A stretch of 64,000 nucleotides of DNA from Spirochaetia bacterium (GTDB lineage: Bacteria > Spirochaetota > Spirochaetia > SZUA-6 > Bin103). The notes under the pieces are model-generated. The model saw nothing but the letters and a program-made list of their open reading frames with translations, was not told the origin of the DNA and did no database searches. Shown here piece after piece: positions 51,349 to 61,554 of the stretch. Position 1 is the stretch's first letter; each line of letters starts with the position of its first letter. Location: NCBI GenBank assembly GCA_965203055.1, contig OZ241863.1, positions 2,496,001-2,560,000 of the forward strand. Reading direction: 5' to 3'. Position numbers and translations under genes: made by a program.

Positions 51349-52476
51349 TTAGCCGCGCTCCGCGCCGCGCGCGGCCGGGTGCCGGACGCTGGCGCCGCCG
51401 GCGGCGGCGACGGCGGCCACGATGGCGGCGATGCGGCGCGCGGCGTCGCCGGTGGCGAGCCGGGCCATGTTGCCGGCCATGCGCCGGCGGCGGGCGGCGT
51501 CGCCGCGCAGTTCATGCAGGGTTGCCAGCAGCGCCGCAGGATCGGCCTGCTCCTCAGCCAGGACCAGCGCCGCGCCGCGCGCCGCGAACAGCTCCGCATT
51601 GGCCATCTGCTCGCCGCGGCTCTGGGTACGCGGCAACGGGATCAGCACCGCCGGCGTGGCGGTGGCGGCCAGCTCGCCCAGGGTATTGGCGCCGGCGCGG
51701 CTCACCACCAGGTCGGCTGCCGCCAGCAGGTCGGCGAACCCCTCGTTGACGAACGGCAGCGCGCGGTAGCGGCCGGCCAAGGCCCCGGGCGGTGCCGGGC
51801 GGCGCCACGCCGCGCCGGTCTGATGCACGACGAACCAGTGCCGGGTCAACTCCGGCAGCGCCCGGTGCACCAGCTCGTTGAGCGCCCGGGCGCCGCTGCT
51901 GCCCCCGGTAACCAACAGCAACGGCAGCGCGGGCGGCGCGCCCAGCGCGGCGCGGCCGCGCGCCGCGTCACCCTGCTCCAGGCCGGCGCGCAGCGGGTTG
52001 CCGGTCACCTGCACGCGCCGGCGCAGCCGGGACGGCAACCGGCCGCGGGTAGCGGCAAACGCCACCAGCACGGTGCGCGCCATACTGGCATTGATGCGGG
52101 TGGCCAGCGCCGGGGTGGTGTCCGACTCATGGGTAATGACGGGAATGCCCAGCAGCCGCGCCGCGACTACCGGCGGCACGCTCACGTAGCTGCCCTTGGC
52201 GAACACCACCCGCGGGCGCAGGCGGGCAAGGAGCAGCAGGGCGTGCAGGCAGCCGGCCAGCACCGCGGCGACGTCGGTGAAGTTGCGCAGTGAGTAGTAG
52301 CGGCGCAGCTTCCCGGCCGGGATGGCGTGGAAGGGCACCTGCGCAGCGCGCACCAGAGTCCGTTCGGCCGGGCGGCGCGACCCGATCCAGGCGGCGCGCC
52401 AGCCGCGCGTCCGCAGCTCGCGGATCACCGCCAGGCCGGGAATGATGTGGCCGGCGGTGCCGCCGCCGGTGAACAC
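51349..52476 (-). CDS. murG: Lipid I GlcNAc transferase MurG (start uncertain)
   Basis: Motifs 'FTGGGTAGHI.PG', 'GKLRRY', 'HESD', 'TGNPLR', 'GGSSGA', 'SRAGA', 'EQ..NA'. Confidence 0.92.
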   Translation of the reverse strand: MFTGGGTAGHIIPGLAVIRELRTRGWRAAWIGSRRPAERTLVRAAQVPFHAIPAGKLRRYYSLRNFTDVAAVLAGCLHALLLLARLRPRVVFAKGSYVSVPPVVAARLLGIPVITHESDTTPALATRINASMARTVLVAFAATRGRLPSRLRRRVQVTGNPLRAGLEQGDAARGRAALGAPPALPLLLVTGGSSGARALNELVHRALPELTRHWFVVHQTGAAWRRPAPPGALAGRYRALPFVNEGFADLLAAADLVVSRAGANTLGELAATATPAVLIPLPRTQSRGEQMANAELFAARGAALVLAEEQADPAALLATLHELRGDAARRRRMAGNMARLATGDAARRIAAIVAAVAAAGGASVRHPAARGAERG

Positions 52477-52542
52477 CGCCAGCGGCGCCTTGGCGCCCCG
52501 GGGAGCTTGCCGGCGCGCCGCGGAGTTTATAGGGTGGCGGGG

Positions 52543-53379
52543 ATGCGACCTCACCCGCAGGCCGCCGGCGCGCGCGTCAGGTCGGTCAGGCCGCGCCGCT
52601 GGCTGGCCGTGCTGCTGGCCGCCGGCAGCGCGGCGAGCGTTGCCGGCGCGTGCCCGGCGGAGCTGTCCCAACTGGTGCCCGACGCCGCGGCCCGCGCCCG
52701 CCTGCGCGAGGAGGGAATCCGACTCCCCCTCGGGCGCGGCGCGACACCGGTCCTGACGCCGGAACTGCCGAATCGGGAGGCGATCGCGGCCGCGGTCGCC
52801 GCCATCGACGTGACGTACGGGACCGAGGTACTGCGCCTGCTGCGCGGCCGCGGCGCGTTCTGCGACTGGACTGCGCTGTACAACGAGCTGCGCGCCGTGA
52901 GCACCCTGCAGGGCATTGAATACTTTTCCGCCAGTCGCGGTCACTATCGTACGCTCTACCGGAGGTCTCATGTCATTGTCGGCCCCGACGACCGTACCCC
53001 ACAGCCCGATCCGGTGGCGAGCAGCGTACCGCGGCGCTCGGCGCTGTTCATGGAGCAGGAAGATTCCTCCTTCGGCAGCAACGTATACCAGGCCGACTAC
53101 CGGTTCGACGGGGTGAGCATTGCCATGCTGACCCGCAATCTTACCTTCATGTGGTGGAGCATTCTGCCGCTGGTGGCCGAAGGCGACTTTCGCAGCGTGG
53201 TGGTGGTCACTCCCACCGACCGGGGCCTGCTGTTCTACGCCGCGGCGGCGATCCACGCCGCGGACCTCGACTTCGTCCGCGAGCGGGCGCAGGCCTCGCT
53301 CAGCAACCGACTCGACGCCCTCGAACGCTGGCTGCGGGGGCGGTTGGGGCATATTCGCCGCTTGCCCTCGGAGAGCTGA
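52543..53379 (+). CDS. Exported hypothetical protein (spirochaete-type)
   Basis: N-terminal hydrophobic segment; protein-like 'STLQGIEYFSAS', 'QEDSSFG.N.Y'; promoter TTGCCG-17-TAGGGT lies 7 nt upstream. Confidence 0.65.
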   Translation: MRPHPQAAGARVRSVRPRRWLAVLLAAGSAASVAGACPAELSQLVPDAAARARLREEGIRLPLGRGATPVLTPELPNREAIAAAVAAIDVTYGTEVLRLLRGRGAFCDWTALYNELRAVSTLQGIEYFSASRGHYRTLYRRSHVIVGPDDRTPQPDPVASSVPRRSALFMEQEDSSFGSNVYQADYRFDGVSIAMLTRNLTFMWWSILPLVAEGDFRSVVVVTPTDRGLLFYAAAAIHAADLDFVRERAQASLSNRLDALERWLRGRLGHIRRLPSES

Positions 53380-53480
53380 CCTCGAACGCCGGCTGCGGGC
53401 GGCTGGCTGCCCGCTACTGAACCAGGGCGGCGCGGCCCGCCGGACTCCCGGCCCGCCGCTGCCGGTCGCCGCGAGCGCGG

Positions 53481-55115
53481 TCAGGAGGCCGGGCCGACCG
53501 CTCGCAGGACGATCAGCAGCACGCCGATCGCCGCGCCGAGGACCGCGCCGAACAGCTTGATCCACTTCAGGTGGCGGTCCATCACGCTCAGCAGGAGTCG
53601 TTCCACGTGGCGGACGTCGAGCTTGTCGATCTTGGCGACCACCAGCGCCTGGACGTCGATGGTTGCCATCATCGCCGGGAGCCGCTCGCCGAGGAACCCG
53701 ATCGCCCAGCGGGTCAGGACGCCGTCGAGCTGCCCGCCGGTGCCCGCCGGCAACGCCAGCACCTCGGCCACCGTGGGCGAGCCGGACGCGGCGGCAGGCG
53801 TCTCCGGGTCGCCGCCGGCCAGCGCCGGAATCAGCTCGGCCACCTGATCGGCAGTCTCCGGACGGGCCAGGTAGCCGAGCAGGTGGTCGGCCAGCAGATC
53901 GGCGACCGCGGCGGGCTGGAGGCCAAGATAGCGCCCGGCCAGTTCCGCCGCGGTGGCGCCGCGCTGCTCAAGATACCAGCGCCGGCCAGCCTCCACGAGC
54001 GGTGCGGCGGCAGCGTCGGGCGCGCCGCGCCCGGCGACGGCATCGAACACGCGCCCGACCAGATGGTCCACCAGCTCGTCGATCTGCGCGGCCGAGTCGG
54101 CCGTCAGGCTGCCCAGACTCCCGGCGCTCCACCGCGCCAGGGCGCGCCGCGCGCCGGCGCAGATCTGCTCGCGCACCCGGTCACCGGCGGTTGCCGCCTC
54201 GGCCTGATCGATGACGTCGGTCACGATCTCCGGCATCCGCTCGTTCAGGCTGCGGTCGTACTGGCCGGCAGTAACGAACACCTTCTGCACCAGGTTCAGC
54301 TTGTCCAGGATGTCGCGCAGGATGACGCGGCCGTAGACCTCCAGCTCGCGCCGCACCTGGGGGCCGCGCAGCCAGGTGAACAGCACGTCGAGCAGCGCCG
54401 GCAGGTTGCGCCGGAACAGGCCCAGCAGCAGCTCGGTGGTCTGCGGGGTCAGGAAGCGCTCCAGCGGCGCGTTGGCGGCGCGCTGGCGGCGCAGCCATCC
54501 CTTGACCAGGTCGGCGGCCTGCGCGCGCAGCTCGCTCCGGGTCAGGGCCGGCACCAGACTGCCGGCCAGCAGCGCGGTGAACTGCTCCACGCCGACCAGA
54601 TCGGTCAGGCGCCGCGTTCCGAACTCGTCCACCAGCCGCCGCACCAGGCCGCGCACCCCGTAGAGGAATGCCCGCGAGCCGACGAGGCGCCGCAGCAGCC
54701 GCTGCGCCAGGTGGCGCAGCAGCTCCGGCCACGCGATTTCACCGCCCGCCGCGTCCGCCGAGCCGCGCAACGCGCCGCGGAGGCGCGCGGTCAACTCGGC
54801 GAGCGGGCGCCGCAGCAGGTCTTCCCGCAGACTGCGGAACTGGCCCTCCAGGGCCGCGCGGAAGGTCTCGGTCCGCAGGCGGTCGCGCACCGCTTCCGGC
54901 GACAGCAGGTCGCGCGCCACCATGCGCGCGATGCTGCGCGCCAGTTCAGCGCGCCGCCGCGGGATGATACCCGGCGTCAGCGGTACCGGAATGCCCAGCA
55001 GATACTTCCTGGTGAGGGGCCGGAACAGCATCCTGACCGCCAGGGCGTTGGTAAAGTAGCCGATCAGGGCGCCCCACAAGATGGGGACGCCCCAGTCCAG
55101 GAAGAGGGTCAGCAC
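53481..55115 (-). CDS. DUF445 (YheB-like) membrane-anchored protein
   Basis: N-terminus 'GALIGYFTNALAVRMLFRP...PGIIPRR'; C-terminus 'LKWI..FGAVLG..IG'. Confidence 0.85.
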   Translation of the reverse strand: MLTLFLDWGVPILWGALIGYFTNALAVRMLFRPLTRKYLLGIPVPLTPGIIPRRRAELARSIARMVARDLLSPEAVRDRLRTETFRAALEGQFRSLREDLLRRPLAELTARLRGALRGSADAAGGEIAWPELLRHLAQRLLRRLVGSRAFLYGVRGLVRRLVDEFGTRRLTDLVGVEQFTALLAGSLVPALTRSELRAQAADLVKGWLRRQRAANAPLERFLTPQTTELLLGLFRRNLPALLDVLFTWLRGPQVRRELEVYGRVILRDILDKLNLVQKVFVTAGQYDRSLNERMPEIVTDVIDQAEAATAGDRVREQICAGARRALARWSAGSLGSLTADSAAQIDELVDHLVGRVFDAVAGRGAPDAAAAPLVEAGRRWYLEQRGATAAELAGRYLGLQPAAVADLLADHLLGYLARPETADQVAELIPALAGGDPETPAAASGSPTVAEVLALPAGTGGQLDGVLTRWAIGFLGERLPAMMATIDVQALVVAKIDKLDVRHVERLLLSVMDRHLKWIKLFGAVLGAAIGVLLIVLRAVGPAS

Positions 55116-55202
55116 CGTTGCCGGAGGGCCGGCGGCCGAACCGGCCGCGGCCTGCGGCGGCGGCTCCCGGCGGAGTACCGTGTCATCGCGGCTGCCGGGC
55201 GC

Positions 55203-55628
55203 TCAGTCGCCGCCGCGGGCCGCTCGTACCCGCGCGCTCACTTCGCCGGCCGCGGCGCCCGGCTCCGCCAACTCGAGATGCGAACCGAACGCCCAGCCGC
55301 GCACGCCCTGGTAGGAGACCTCGAGCCAATACCCCGGAGTGCCGTCGATCCGTTCCTGCTGCTCGCCGCGGCCCACCACCTCCACCACTTCGCCGCGGCG
55401 CAGATAGGAGAGCACCTCCGCCCGCACCGAGGGCTGCGCGCGCACGCGCAGCGAGTCGGCGGTGACGACGCCGCGCACTTCGTTGGTTTCGACTACCGAG
55501 GTAGCCGGCAGCACCAGGTGCGCGGCGGACTCGCGCTGCTGGCAGCCGAGCGCGGCCGCGGCCAGCAGCAGCGCCGCCGCGGCGGCGGCCGGCGGGCGGC
55601 GCCGGCGCGGGAACGGTTCAGCCCCCAC
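55203..55628 (-). CDS. SH3-domain lipoprotein (start uncertain)
   Basis: Lipobox 'ALGC'; SH3b-like 'LRVRAQPS', 'W.EV', 'GWAFG'. Confidence 0.75.
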   Translation of the reverse strand: MGAEPFPRRRRPPAAAAAALLLAAAALGCQQRESAAHLVLPATSVVETNEVRGVVTADSLRVRAQPSVRAEVLSYLRRGEVVEVVGRGEQQERIDGTPGYWLEVSYQGVRGWAFGSHLELAEPGAAAGEVSARVRAARGGD

Positions 55629-57723
55629 GACCGCCGCGGCCACCGCGGACGGCGCCGCCTGTGCCGCCGGCACGGCCGGTGCCGCCGGCACGGCCTGCCG
55701 GGGCGGGCGCCGGCGCTGCCGCGGGAGCCGCTGCCGGCGCGTCGAGGTCGCGCAGCTTGTTGATCTCGTCGCGGACCACCGCCGCCCGCTCGTACTCCAG
55801 GTCCTTGGCCAGCTCCAGCATCTCCTTTTCCAGCGCCCGAATGAGCGCGCGGCGCTCCTTCGGCACCAGTATGTTGTAGCGCTGCTTCACCACCTCCAGG
55901 TCCTGCTGCTCCGCGGACCGCTTCTCGTCCGCCTTGCGGACCAGCAGATCCTGCACCGCCTTGGTAATGGTGGTAGGGGTGATGCCGTGCTCGGAATTGT
56001 AGGCGAGCTGCAGGGCGCGGCGGCGGCTGGTCTCGGCGATCGCCTCGCGCATCGACTCCGACTCGCGGTCGGCGTACATGATCACCCGTCCGTTCACGTT
56101 GCGCGCGGCGCGGCCGATGATCTGGATCAACGAGGTGGTGGAGCGCAGGAAGCCGATCTTGTCGGCGTCGAGGATGGCAATCAGCGACACTTCCGGCAGA
56201 TCCAGACCCTCCCGGAGCAGGTTGACGCCGACCAGCACGTCGAACTCCCCGGCCCGCAGATCGCGCAGGATCTCGACCCGTTCGAAGGTATCCACCTCCG
56301 AATGGAGGAAGCGGCAGCGCACCCCGATGTCGGCCAGGTAGTCGGTGAGGTCTTCCGCCATGCGCTTGGTCAGGGTGGTGACCAGGGTGCGTTCGCCGCG
56401 CGCCGTGCGCTGCCTGATCTGGCGGTAAAGATCCTCGATCTGACCCGCGGAGTGGCGCACCTCGATCTCCGGATCCAGCAGCCCGGTGGGCCGGATCACC
56501 TGCTCGACCACCTGTGCCGAAGTACGCAGTTCCTCGGCGGCGGGGGTGGCGGACACGAACACGACCCGCTCCATCATCCCCTCGAACTCGCCATAGGTGA
56601 GAGGGCGGTTGTCGAGCGCCGAGGGCAGGCGGAACCCATGCTCGACCAGCGCTTCCTTGCGCGAGCGGTCGCCCTCGTACATGGCGCCGACCTGGGGCAC
56701 GGTGACGTGCGACTCGTCGATGAACACCAGGAAGTCCTGCGGGAAGAAGTCGAGCAGGACCGCCGGGCGTTCGCCTTCCTGGCGCCCGGTCAGATGGCGG
56801 GAGTAGTTTTCGATGCCGCTGCAGTAGCCGATCTCGACCAGCATTTCGAGGTCATACTCGCAGCGCGTCAGCAGCCGCTGAGCCTCCACCAGCTTGCCCT
56901 CCTGCAGGAGTTGCGCGTGGCGTACCGCCAACTCCTCGCGGATCGACTCCACCGCCCGCTCCAGGCGTTCCTCCGGCGTGACGAAGTGCTTGGCCGGATA
57001 GACGGCGGCGAACTCCAACTCCGCCAGGGTAGTGCCGGTGAGCGGGTCGATCCGGCGCAACCGTTCGATCTCGTCGCCGAAGAACTCGATGCGCAGCGCT
57101 TCCTTGGCGTGCGGCGGCAACACTTCGATCACCTCGCCGCGGCTGCGGAAGCCGGCGCGCTGCAGCATGGCGTCGTTGCGCGCGTACTGCAACGCCACCA
57201 GGCGGCGCATCAGCCGGCGCGGATCAATCTCCGTCCCCAGCTCCAGCTCGACCCGCATGTCGCGGTAGTCGTCGGGGCTCCCCAGGCCGTAGATGCACGA
57301 CACGGTGGCCACCACCACCACGTCGCGCCGCTCCATCAGCGCCGTGGTCGCGCCCAGCCGCAGGCGCTCGATCTCGTCGTTGATGGAGGCGTCCTTCTCG
57401 ATGTAGAGATCGCGGCTGGCGACGTACGCCTCCGGCTGGTAGTAGTCGTAGTAGGAGACGAAGTACTCCACTGCGTTGTGGGGCAGGAAGTCCTTGAACT
57501 CGCGGTAGAGCTGGGCCGCCAGCGTCTTGTTGTGGGAGATGACGAGCGTGGGGACCTGGGCGCCCTCGATGATCTTCGCCATGGAGAACGTCTTGCCCGA
57601 CCCGGTGACCCCTTTGAGAGTCTGATAGCGGTGGCCGTGCTCGAGACCGCGGCACAGCGAGGCGATCGCCGGCCCCTGATCGCCGGCCGGCGCGTAGTTC
57701 GAAACCACGTCGAACGTTGGCAT
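55618..57723 (-). CDS. uvrB: Excinuclease ABC subunit B
   Basis: Motifs 'GDQ', 'GVTGSGKT', '[14 protein letters not shown]', 'DESH', 'GFRLPSA.DNRP', 'NLLREGLD', 'GRAARN'. Confidence 0.97.
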   Translation of the reverse strand: MPTFDVVSNYAPAGDQGPAIASLCRGLEHGHRYQTLKGVTGSGKTFSMAKIIEGAQVPTLVISHNKTLAAQLYREFKDFLPHNAVEYFVSYYDYYQPEAYVASRDLYIEKDASINDEIERLRLGATTALMERRDVVVVATVSCIYGLGSPDDYRDMRVELELGTEIDPRRLMRRLVALQYARNDAMLQRAGFRSRGEVIEVLPPHAKEALRIEFFGDEIERLRRIDPLTGTTLAELEFAAVYPAKHFVTPEERLERAVESIREELAVRHAQLLQEGKLVEAQRLLTRCEYDLEMLVEIGYCSGIENYSRHLTGRQEGERPAVLLDFFPQDFLVFIDESHVTVPQVGAMYEGDRSRKEALVEHGFRLPSALDNRPLTYGEFEGMMERVVFVSATPAAEELRTSAQVVEQVIRPTGLLDPEIEVRHSAGQIEDLYRQIRQRTARGERTLVTTLTKRMAEDLTDYLADIGVRCRFLHSEVDTFERVEILRDLRAGEFDVLVGVNLLREGLDLPEVSLIAILDADKIGFLRSTTSLIQIIGRAARNVNGRVIMYADRESESMREAIAETSRRRALQLAYNSEHGITPTTITKAVQDLLVRKADEKRSAEQQDLEVVKQRYNILVPKERRALIRALEKEMLELAKDLEYERAAVVRDEINKLRDLDAPAAAPAAAPAPAPAGRAGGTGRAGGTGGAVRGGRGGRGG

Positions 57724-57972
57724 CTGCCGCGTCAGGCGTTTGTCGGGTGATCTTGAATCCGCCGCCGGCGCCGGCTCGGCGCCGGCGCGGTGCGGCGGGG
57801 CGCGCGGCGCCGGAACCCTGCCGGCGCCCGCGCTCCCGGTCTGTCTTCCTCCAACGCGCAGTTCCGTCGCATCCGCCGCAAGTATACCAGTTTGGCCGCG
57901 GCTGCGGCTCGCTCCCGCGGTGCGGTTCGTGCGGTTACAGGGCCTGCCTTCAGCCCGCGCCGCCGAAGCGGG

Positions 57973-59532
57973 CTAATCGTAGTGCCAGTAGATGTCCACG
58001 TCGCCGTAACGCCGGTACTGGAGCGCCTCGTGCACGTGGGCGGTGGCGATCTGCTCACAGCCGTCCAGGTCGGCGACCGTGCGCGCCAACTTGATCACCG
58101 CGTGCAGCGCGCGCGAGGAGAGCCGGGCGTGGCGCATGCCGCGGCCGAGCTGGCCGAGCTGCGTTTCGCCAAGGCGGCAGAACCGCTCCACGTCACCCGG
58201 CGGCACGCGCGCGTTCAGGCTCCAGCCGCAGTCGCGGTAGCGGCGCCGCTGCCGCGCGCGGGCCTCGTGCACCGCTTGCAGGTAGTCCTCGGGGCGCTCC
58301 ACGCCGGGATCGAGCAGCTCGGCCGGCGGCGTGTCGTTCACCGGCACGCGAATGTCGATGCGGTCCAGGAGCGCGCCGCCGAGGCGCTTCCAGTAGTGCT
58401 TGACTTCCGCGGTGGAGCAGATGCAGGCGGCGTGGCGCCGGCCCAGATTGCCGCACGGGCACGGGTTGGCGGTCATCAGGAGTTGGAAGTCGGCCGGAAA
58501 GCAGGCGCTGCGGCCCGCCCGGGCCACGTGCACCCGGCCGGTCTCCAACGGCTCGCGCAGGCTCTGCAGCACCGGCCGCGCGAACTCGGGCGCTTCGTCG
58601 AGCAGCAGCACTCCGGTGTGCGCCAGCGACACCTCGCCGGGACGCAGGATGGCGCCGCCGCCCACCACTCCTTCCGCGGACGCGCTATGGTGCGGCGTGC
58701 GGAACGGCGGCCAGCGCAGCAGCCCCTGGTCCGGCGGCAGGCAGCCGGCCACGGAGTGGATGCGGGTGACCGCCAGCGCCCCCGGCCCCGGCAACGCCGG
58801 CAGCAGGCCGACGACGCGCCGCGCCGCCATCGTCTTGCCGCTGCCGGGAGGGCCGAACAGCAGCGCGTGATGGCCCCCGGCAGCCGCCACCGCCAGCGCG
58901 CGCTTCAGCACGCTCTGCCCGCGGATGTCGGTGATCTCGCCCAGGTCGCGGCGCCACGGCGACGGCCCGGAGGCCGCCTCCACGACCGGAGCGCCGCCGC
59001 GGCCGCCGTTCGGGGAGCCGGCGCGCACCTGCGCCAGCGCGGCGACCGCCTCGGTGAGGCTCGTCACGCCCATCACGGTGCCTGCGCCCAGGGCTTGGGC
59101 TTCGCGGCGATTTGCGGCGGGTACCAGAAACCAGGAGTGGCCGGCGTTGGCGCCGGCCGACACCGCGGTCAGGATGCCGCTCACCGGGTGCACGGCGCCG
59201 GCCAGGTTGAGCTCGCCGCAGGCCAGCACCGGAACCTCCGGCGCCGCCACCTGGCCGGAAACCACCAGGACGGCGAGCGCAAGCGGCAGATCGTAGGCCG
59301 CTCCCACCTTGCGTACGCCGGCCGGCGACAGGTTGATCAACACCCGGTCGCGCGGGAACTGGAACCCGCTGTTGCGAATCGCGACCCGCACTCGCTCGCG
59401 CGACTCGCGCACCGCGTCGTCCGGCAGGCCCACGATGTCGACGCCGGGAATGCCGCGCCGCAGGTCCACTTCCACGGCTACCAGATCGCCGTCCACCCCG
59501 AACGGCGCATGGCCAAATACCTGAGAATTCAT
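57973..59532 (-). CDS. comM: YifB/ComM family Mg-chelatase-like AAA+ ATPase
   Basis: Motifs 'IVGLPD..VRES.ERV', 'GPPGSGKTM', 'PHHSAS', 'PGEVSLAH.G.L.LDE', 'NPCPCG', 'LDRID'. Confidence 0.9.
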   Translation of the reverse strand: MNSQVFGHAPFGVDGDLVAVEVDLRRGIPGVDIVGLPDDAVRESRERVRVAIRNSGFQFPRDRVLINLSPAGVRKVGAAYDLPLALAVLVVSGQVAAPEVPVLACGELNLAGAVHPVSGILTAVSAGANAGHSWFLVPAANRREAQALGAGTVMGVTSLTEAVAALAQVRAGSPNGGRGGAPVVEAASGPSPWRRDLGEITDIRGQSVLKRALAVAAAGGHHALLFGPPGSGKTMAARRVVGLLPALPGPGALAVTRIHSVAGCLPPDQGLLRWPPFRTPHHSASAEGVVGGGAILRPGEVSLAHTGVLLLDEAPEFARPVLQSLREPLETGRVHVARAGRSACFPADFQLLMTANPCPCGNLGRRHAACICSTAEVKHYWKRLGGALLDRIDIRVPVNDTPPAELLDPGVERPEDYLQAVHEARARQRRRYRDCGWSLNARVPPGDVERFCRLGETQLGQLGRGMRHARLSSRALHAVIKLARTVADLDGCEQIATAHVHEALQYRRYGDVDIYWHYD

Positions 59533-59696
59533 CTTGCCTCCGACCAGAACAACGGGCCGCCCTCGCCGGCGCTTTGCATTGATGGGACCGGGCCGCCCGA
59601 AACCGGGTAGGGCACGCCCCGGCCGGGCGGCGCACGGCCGGCGGCGCACGGCCCGGCCGCGGCCGGCGCAAGACGCCGGCCGGCCACGTTGAAGGG

Positions 59697-60212
59697 CTAC
59701 CGCGGCGCGGCGCGGCGGGCGGCGGCGATGGCGGCCTGGACCAGCGTGTGACAGCGCTCGTTGCGCGGGTCGCCGGCGTGACCGCGCACCCAGCGAAACT
59801 GCGCGCCGGTGGCTTGCGCCAGATCGTCCAGCCGGCGCCACAGCTCGGCGTTCTTGACCGGCTGCCGGGACGCGGTGCGCCACCCGTTGGCCCGCCAGCG
59901 GCGAATCCAGGAGACGATGCCCTGCTGCACGTAGGTCGAATCGGTCACCACCACTACCTCGGCGGCAGGGTGCTCCGGCAGGCCGCGGACCGCCAGCAGC
60001 GCCTGGATTACCGCGGCCAGCTCCATCCGATTGTTGGTGGTACGGGGGGCGGCCCCGGATCCTTCGACCGGAGGCCGCGCCGCGCCCCCATCCGCGGCGG
60101 GCGCGCGCACCGTCAGATGGTAGGCCCAGCCGCCCGGTCCGGGATTGCCACTGCAGCCGCCGTCGGTAAAGGCTTCGATCAGCACCCGATCAGTAGAGTT
60201 GGAATTGTTCAT
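59697..60212 (-). CDS. rnhA: Ribonuclease HI
   Basis: Motifs 'TDGGCSGNPGPGG', 'TTNNRMEL', 'TDS.YV', 'VKNAELW', 'WVRGHAG...NE'. Confidence 0.95.
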   Translation of the reverse strand: MNNSNSTDRVLIEAFTDGGCSGNPGPGGWAYHLTVRAPAADGGAARPPVEGSGAAPRTTNNRMELAAVIQALLAVRGLPEHPAAEVVVVTDSTYVQQGIVSWIRRWRANGWRTASRQPVKNAELWRRLDDLAQATGAQFRWVRGHAGDPRNERCHTLVQAAIAAARRAAPR

Positions 60213-60279
60213 ATGATTGTCACGCTGTACGCGGGCCGCAAGGCCGGCGCCGAACGACCGGTCGGGTGGCTGAACTGAG

Positions 60280-61311
60280 TCAGCGCTCCCGATCCGAGGC
60301 GTGGGTCTGTCGGCGGAGCAACTCGAACTCCTCCTGGTCGATGCCGGTAGCCTGCTTGATGATCGGCCACCCGACGCCGGCGCGCAGAAAACCCTCGATC
60401 GTGGCCACTTGGCCTTCCTGACGGCCTTCCTGACGACCCTCCTGACGACCCTCCTGATGGCCCTCCTGACGACCCTCCTGCCGGCCTTTCAGCACGCCCT
60501 CCTGACGGCCTTCCCGGATCAGCTCCTCTGCATACGTCATCATGTCCCCTCCTGGTCCTGGCACTTCCCGCCGCAGCGCCGCGAAGAACTCCCGCAACGT
60601 CTCCTTATCCTGGGTGTGGAGCACGTAAAACACCACCGCCCGGAACCGTTCGCCCTGTCCCGCCCGGTCCAACTCTCTCATGAGCTGCACCGCCATCTCC
60701 AACGCCGCCCTCACCTCGTGGCGCGCCGCCGCCATCAGCGCAAGCTGCGCTACCCGGCCCAACGTTTCGCCCTGCACCGCCCCCACGCCCGTCTGCGACT
60801 GGTCCACCAGCAGGTGCTTGAACTGCGGCGTCCAGGGCCACCTCCTGACCGGTTCCGCAAACAACTCGCTGAACTCGGTCGCATGGCGCCAGCGCGACTC
60901 ACCCTGATAGAACACCAGCGGCACGATCGGCGGCAAGTCCGGCGTCTCCTCCGCCTCGGCAGGGCGCAAGAAATCATCCCAGATGCGGCAGCAGTACTTC
61001 AGCAGCCGGAAGCGCATCAACCGGTCCGGCCTCGATTGGTGCTCGAACAGCAGATAGAGCCGCAGCGAACGCCGCGCCTCTCCCGGCTCGGCGGCATCCG
61101 GGCGCTGCTCAACCGCGTACAGCAGGTCGGACTCGCTGGCCTGCAGTTCGTCGTCCACGTAGCTGTCGGGCATCAACGTCAAGCTGGACCAGTCCAGCGT
61201 ATCGCCGAGCCACCCCGGCACACAGGCGCGCATCAAGCCGGCCGCTTCGGCAGGCTCGGAGAACACCTTGCGAAACAGACGGTCATGCGGCTGGTACAGG
61301 TCGCGCGGCAT
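60280..61311 (-). CDS. Rpn family recombination-promoting nuclease / YhgA-like putative transposase
   Basis: Motifs 'PHDRLFRKVF', 'SDLLY', 'YLLFEHQS', 'M.FRLL.Y', 'PLVFYQG'; EGRQ repeats. Confidence 0.9.
   Translation of the reverse strand: MPRDLYQPHDRLFRKVFSEPAEAAGLMRACVPGWLGDTLDWSSLTLMPDSYVDDELQASESDLLYAVEQRPDAAEPGEARRSLRLYLLFEHQSRPDRLMRFRLLKYCCRIWDDFLRPAEAEETPDLPPIVPLVFYQGESRWRHATEFSELFAEPVRRWPWTPQFKHLLVDQSQTGVGAVQGETLGRVAQLALMAAARHEVRAALEMAVQLMRELDRAGQGERFRAVVFYVLHTQDKETLREFFAALRREVPGPGGDMMTYAEELIREGRQEGVLKGRQEGRQEGHQEGRQEGRQEGRQEGQVATIEGFLRAGVGWPIIKQATGIDQEEFELLRRQTHASDRER
60409..60513 (-). repeat. 12-bp coding tandem repeat (EGRQ)n in the Rpn C-terminus
   Basis: EGRQ EGVL KGRQ EGRQ EGHQ EGRQ EGRQ EGRQ EGQ. 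Confidence 0.9.
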
Positions 61312-61486
61312 GCGTGGTGCCGCCAAGCATAGCATGATTGAGCGGCATCGAATTACCCGGAGTGTCGGTCGTCAGCAGCCCGCGCCGTCGCTGACGGAGC
61401 CGACCGCCGCCGCTTCCGGTGTTTGCCCCCTCCCGTCCGGGCGTATTTCCAAAATTGTAGTAGGTAAGCGTCGGGCCGCTTGGCGG

Positions 61487-61527
61487 CCAGTCCCAGTCCC
61501 AGTCCCAGTCCCAGTCCCAGTCCCAGT
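61487..61527. repeat. Intergenic hexanucleotide microsatellite (CCAGTC), 6 full copies plus 5 nt
   Basis: Perfect tandem read directly from the sequence. Confidence 0.95.
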
Positions 61528-61554
61528 GTAAGATGACGTTCTCGGCGATCTTGA

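Noticed and set aside
59626..59653. 14-bp tandem duplication ggcggcgcacggcc between comM and rnhA
   Set aside because: Two copies of a GC-rich word, with no supporting context.
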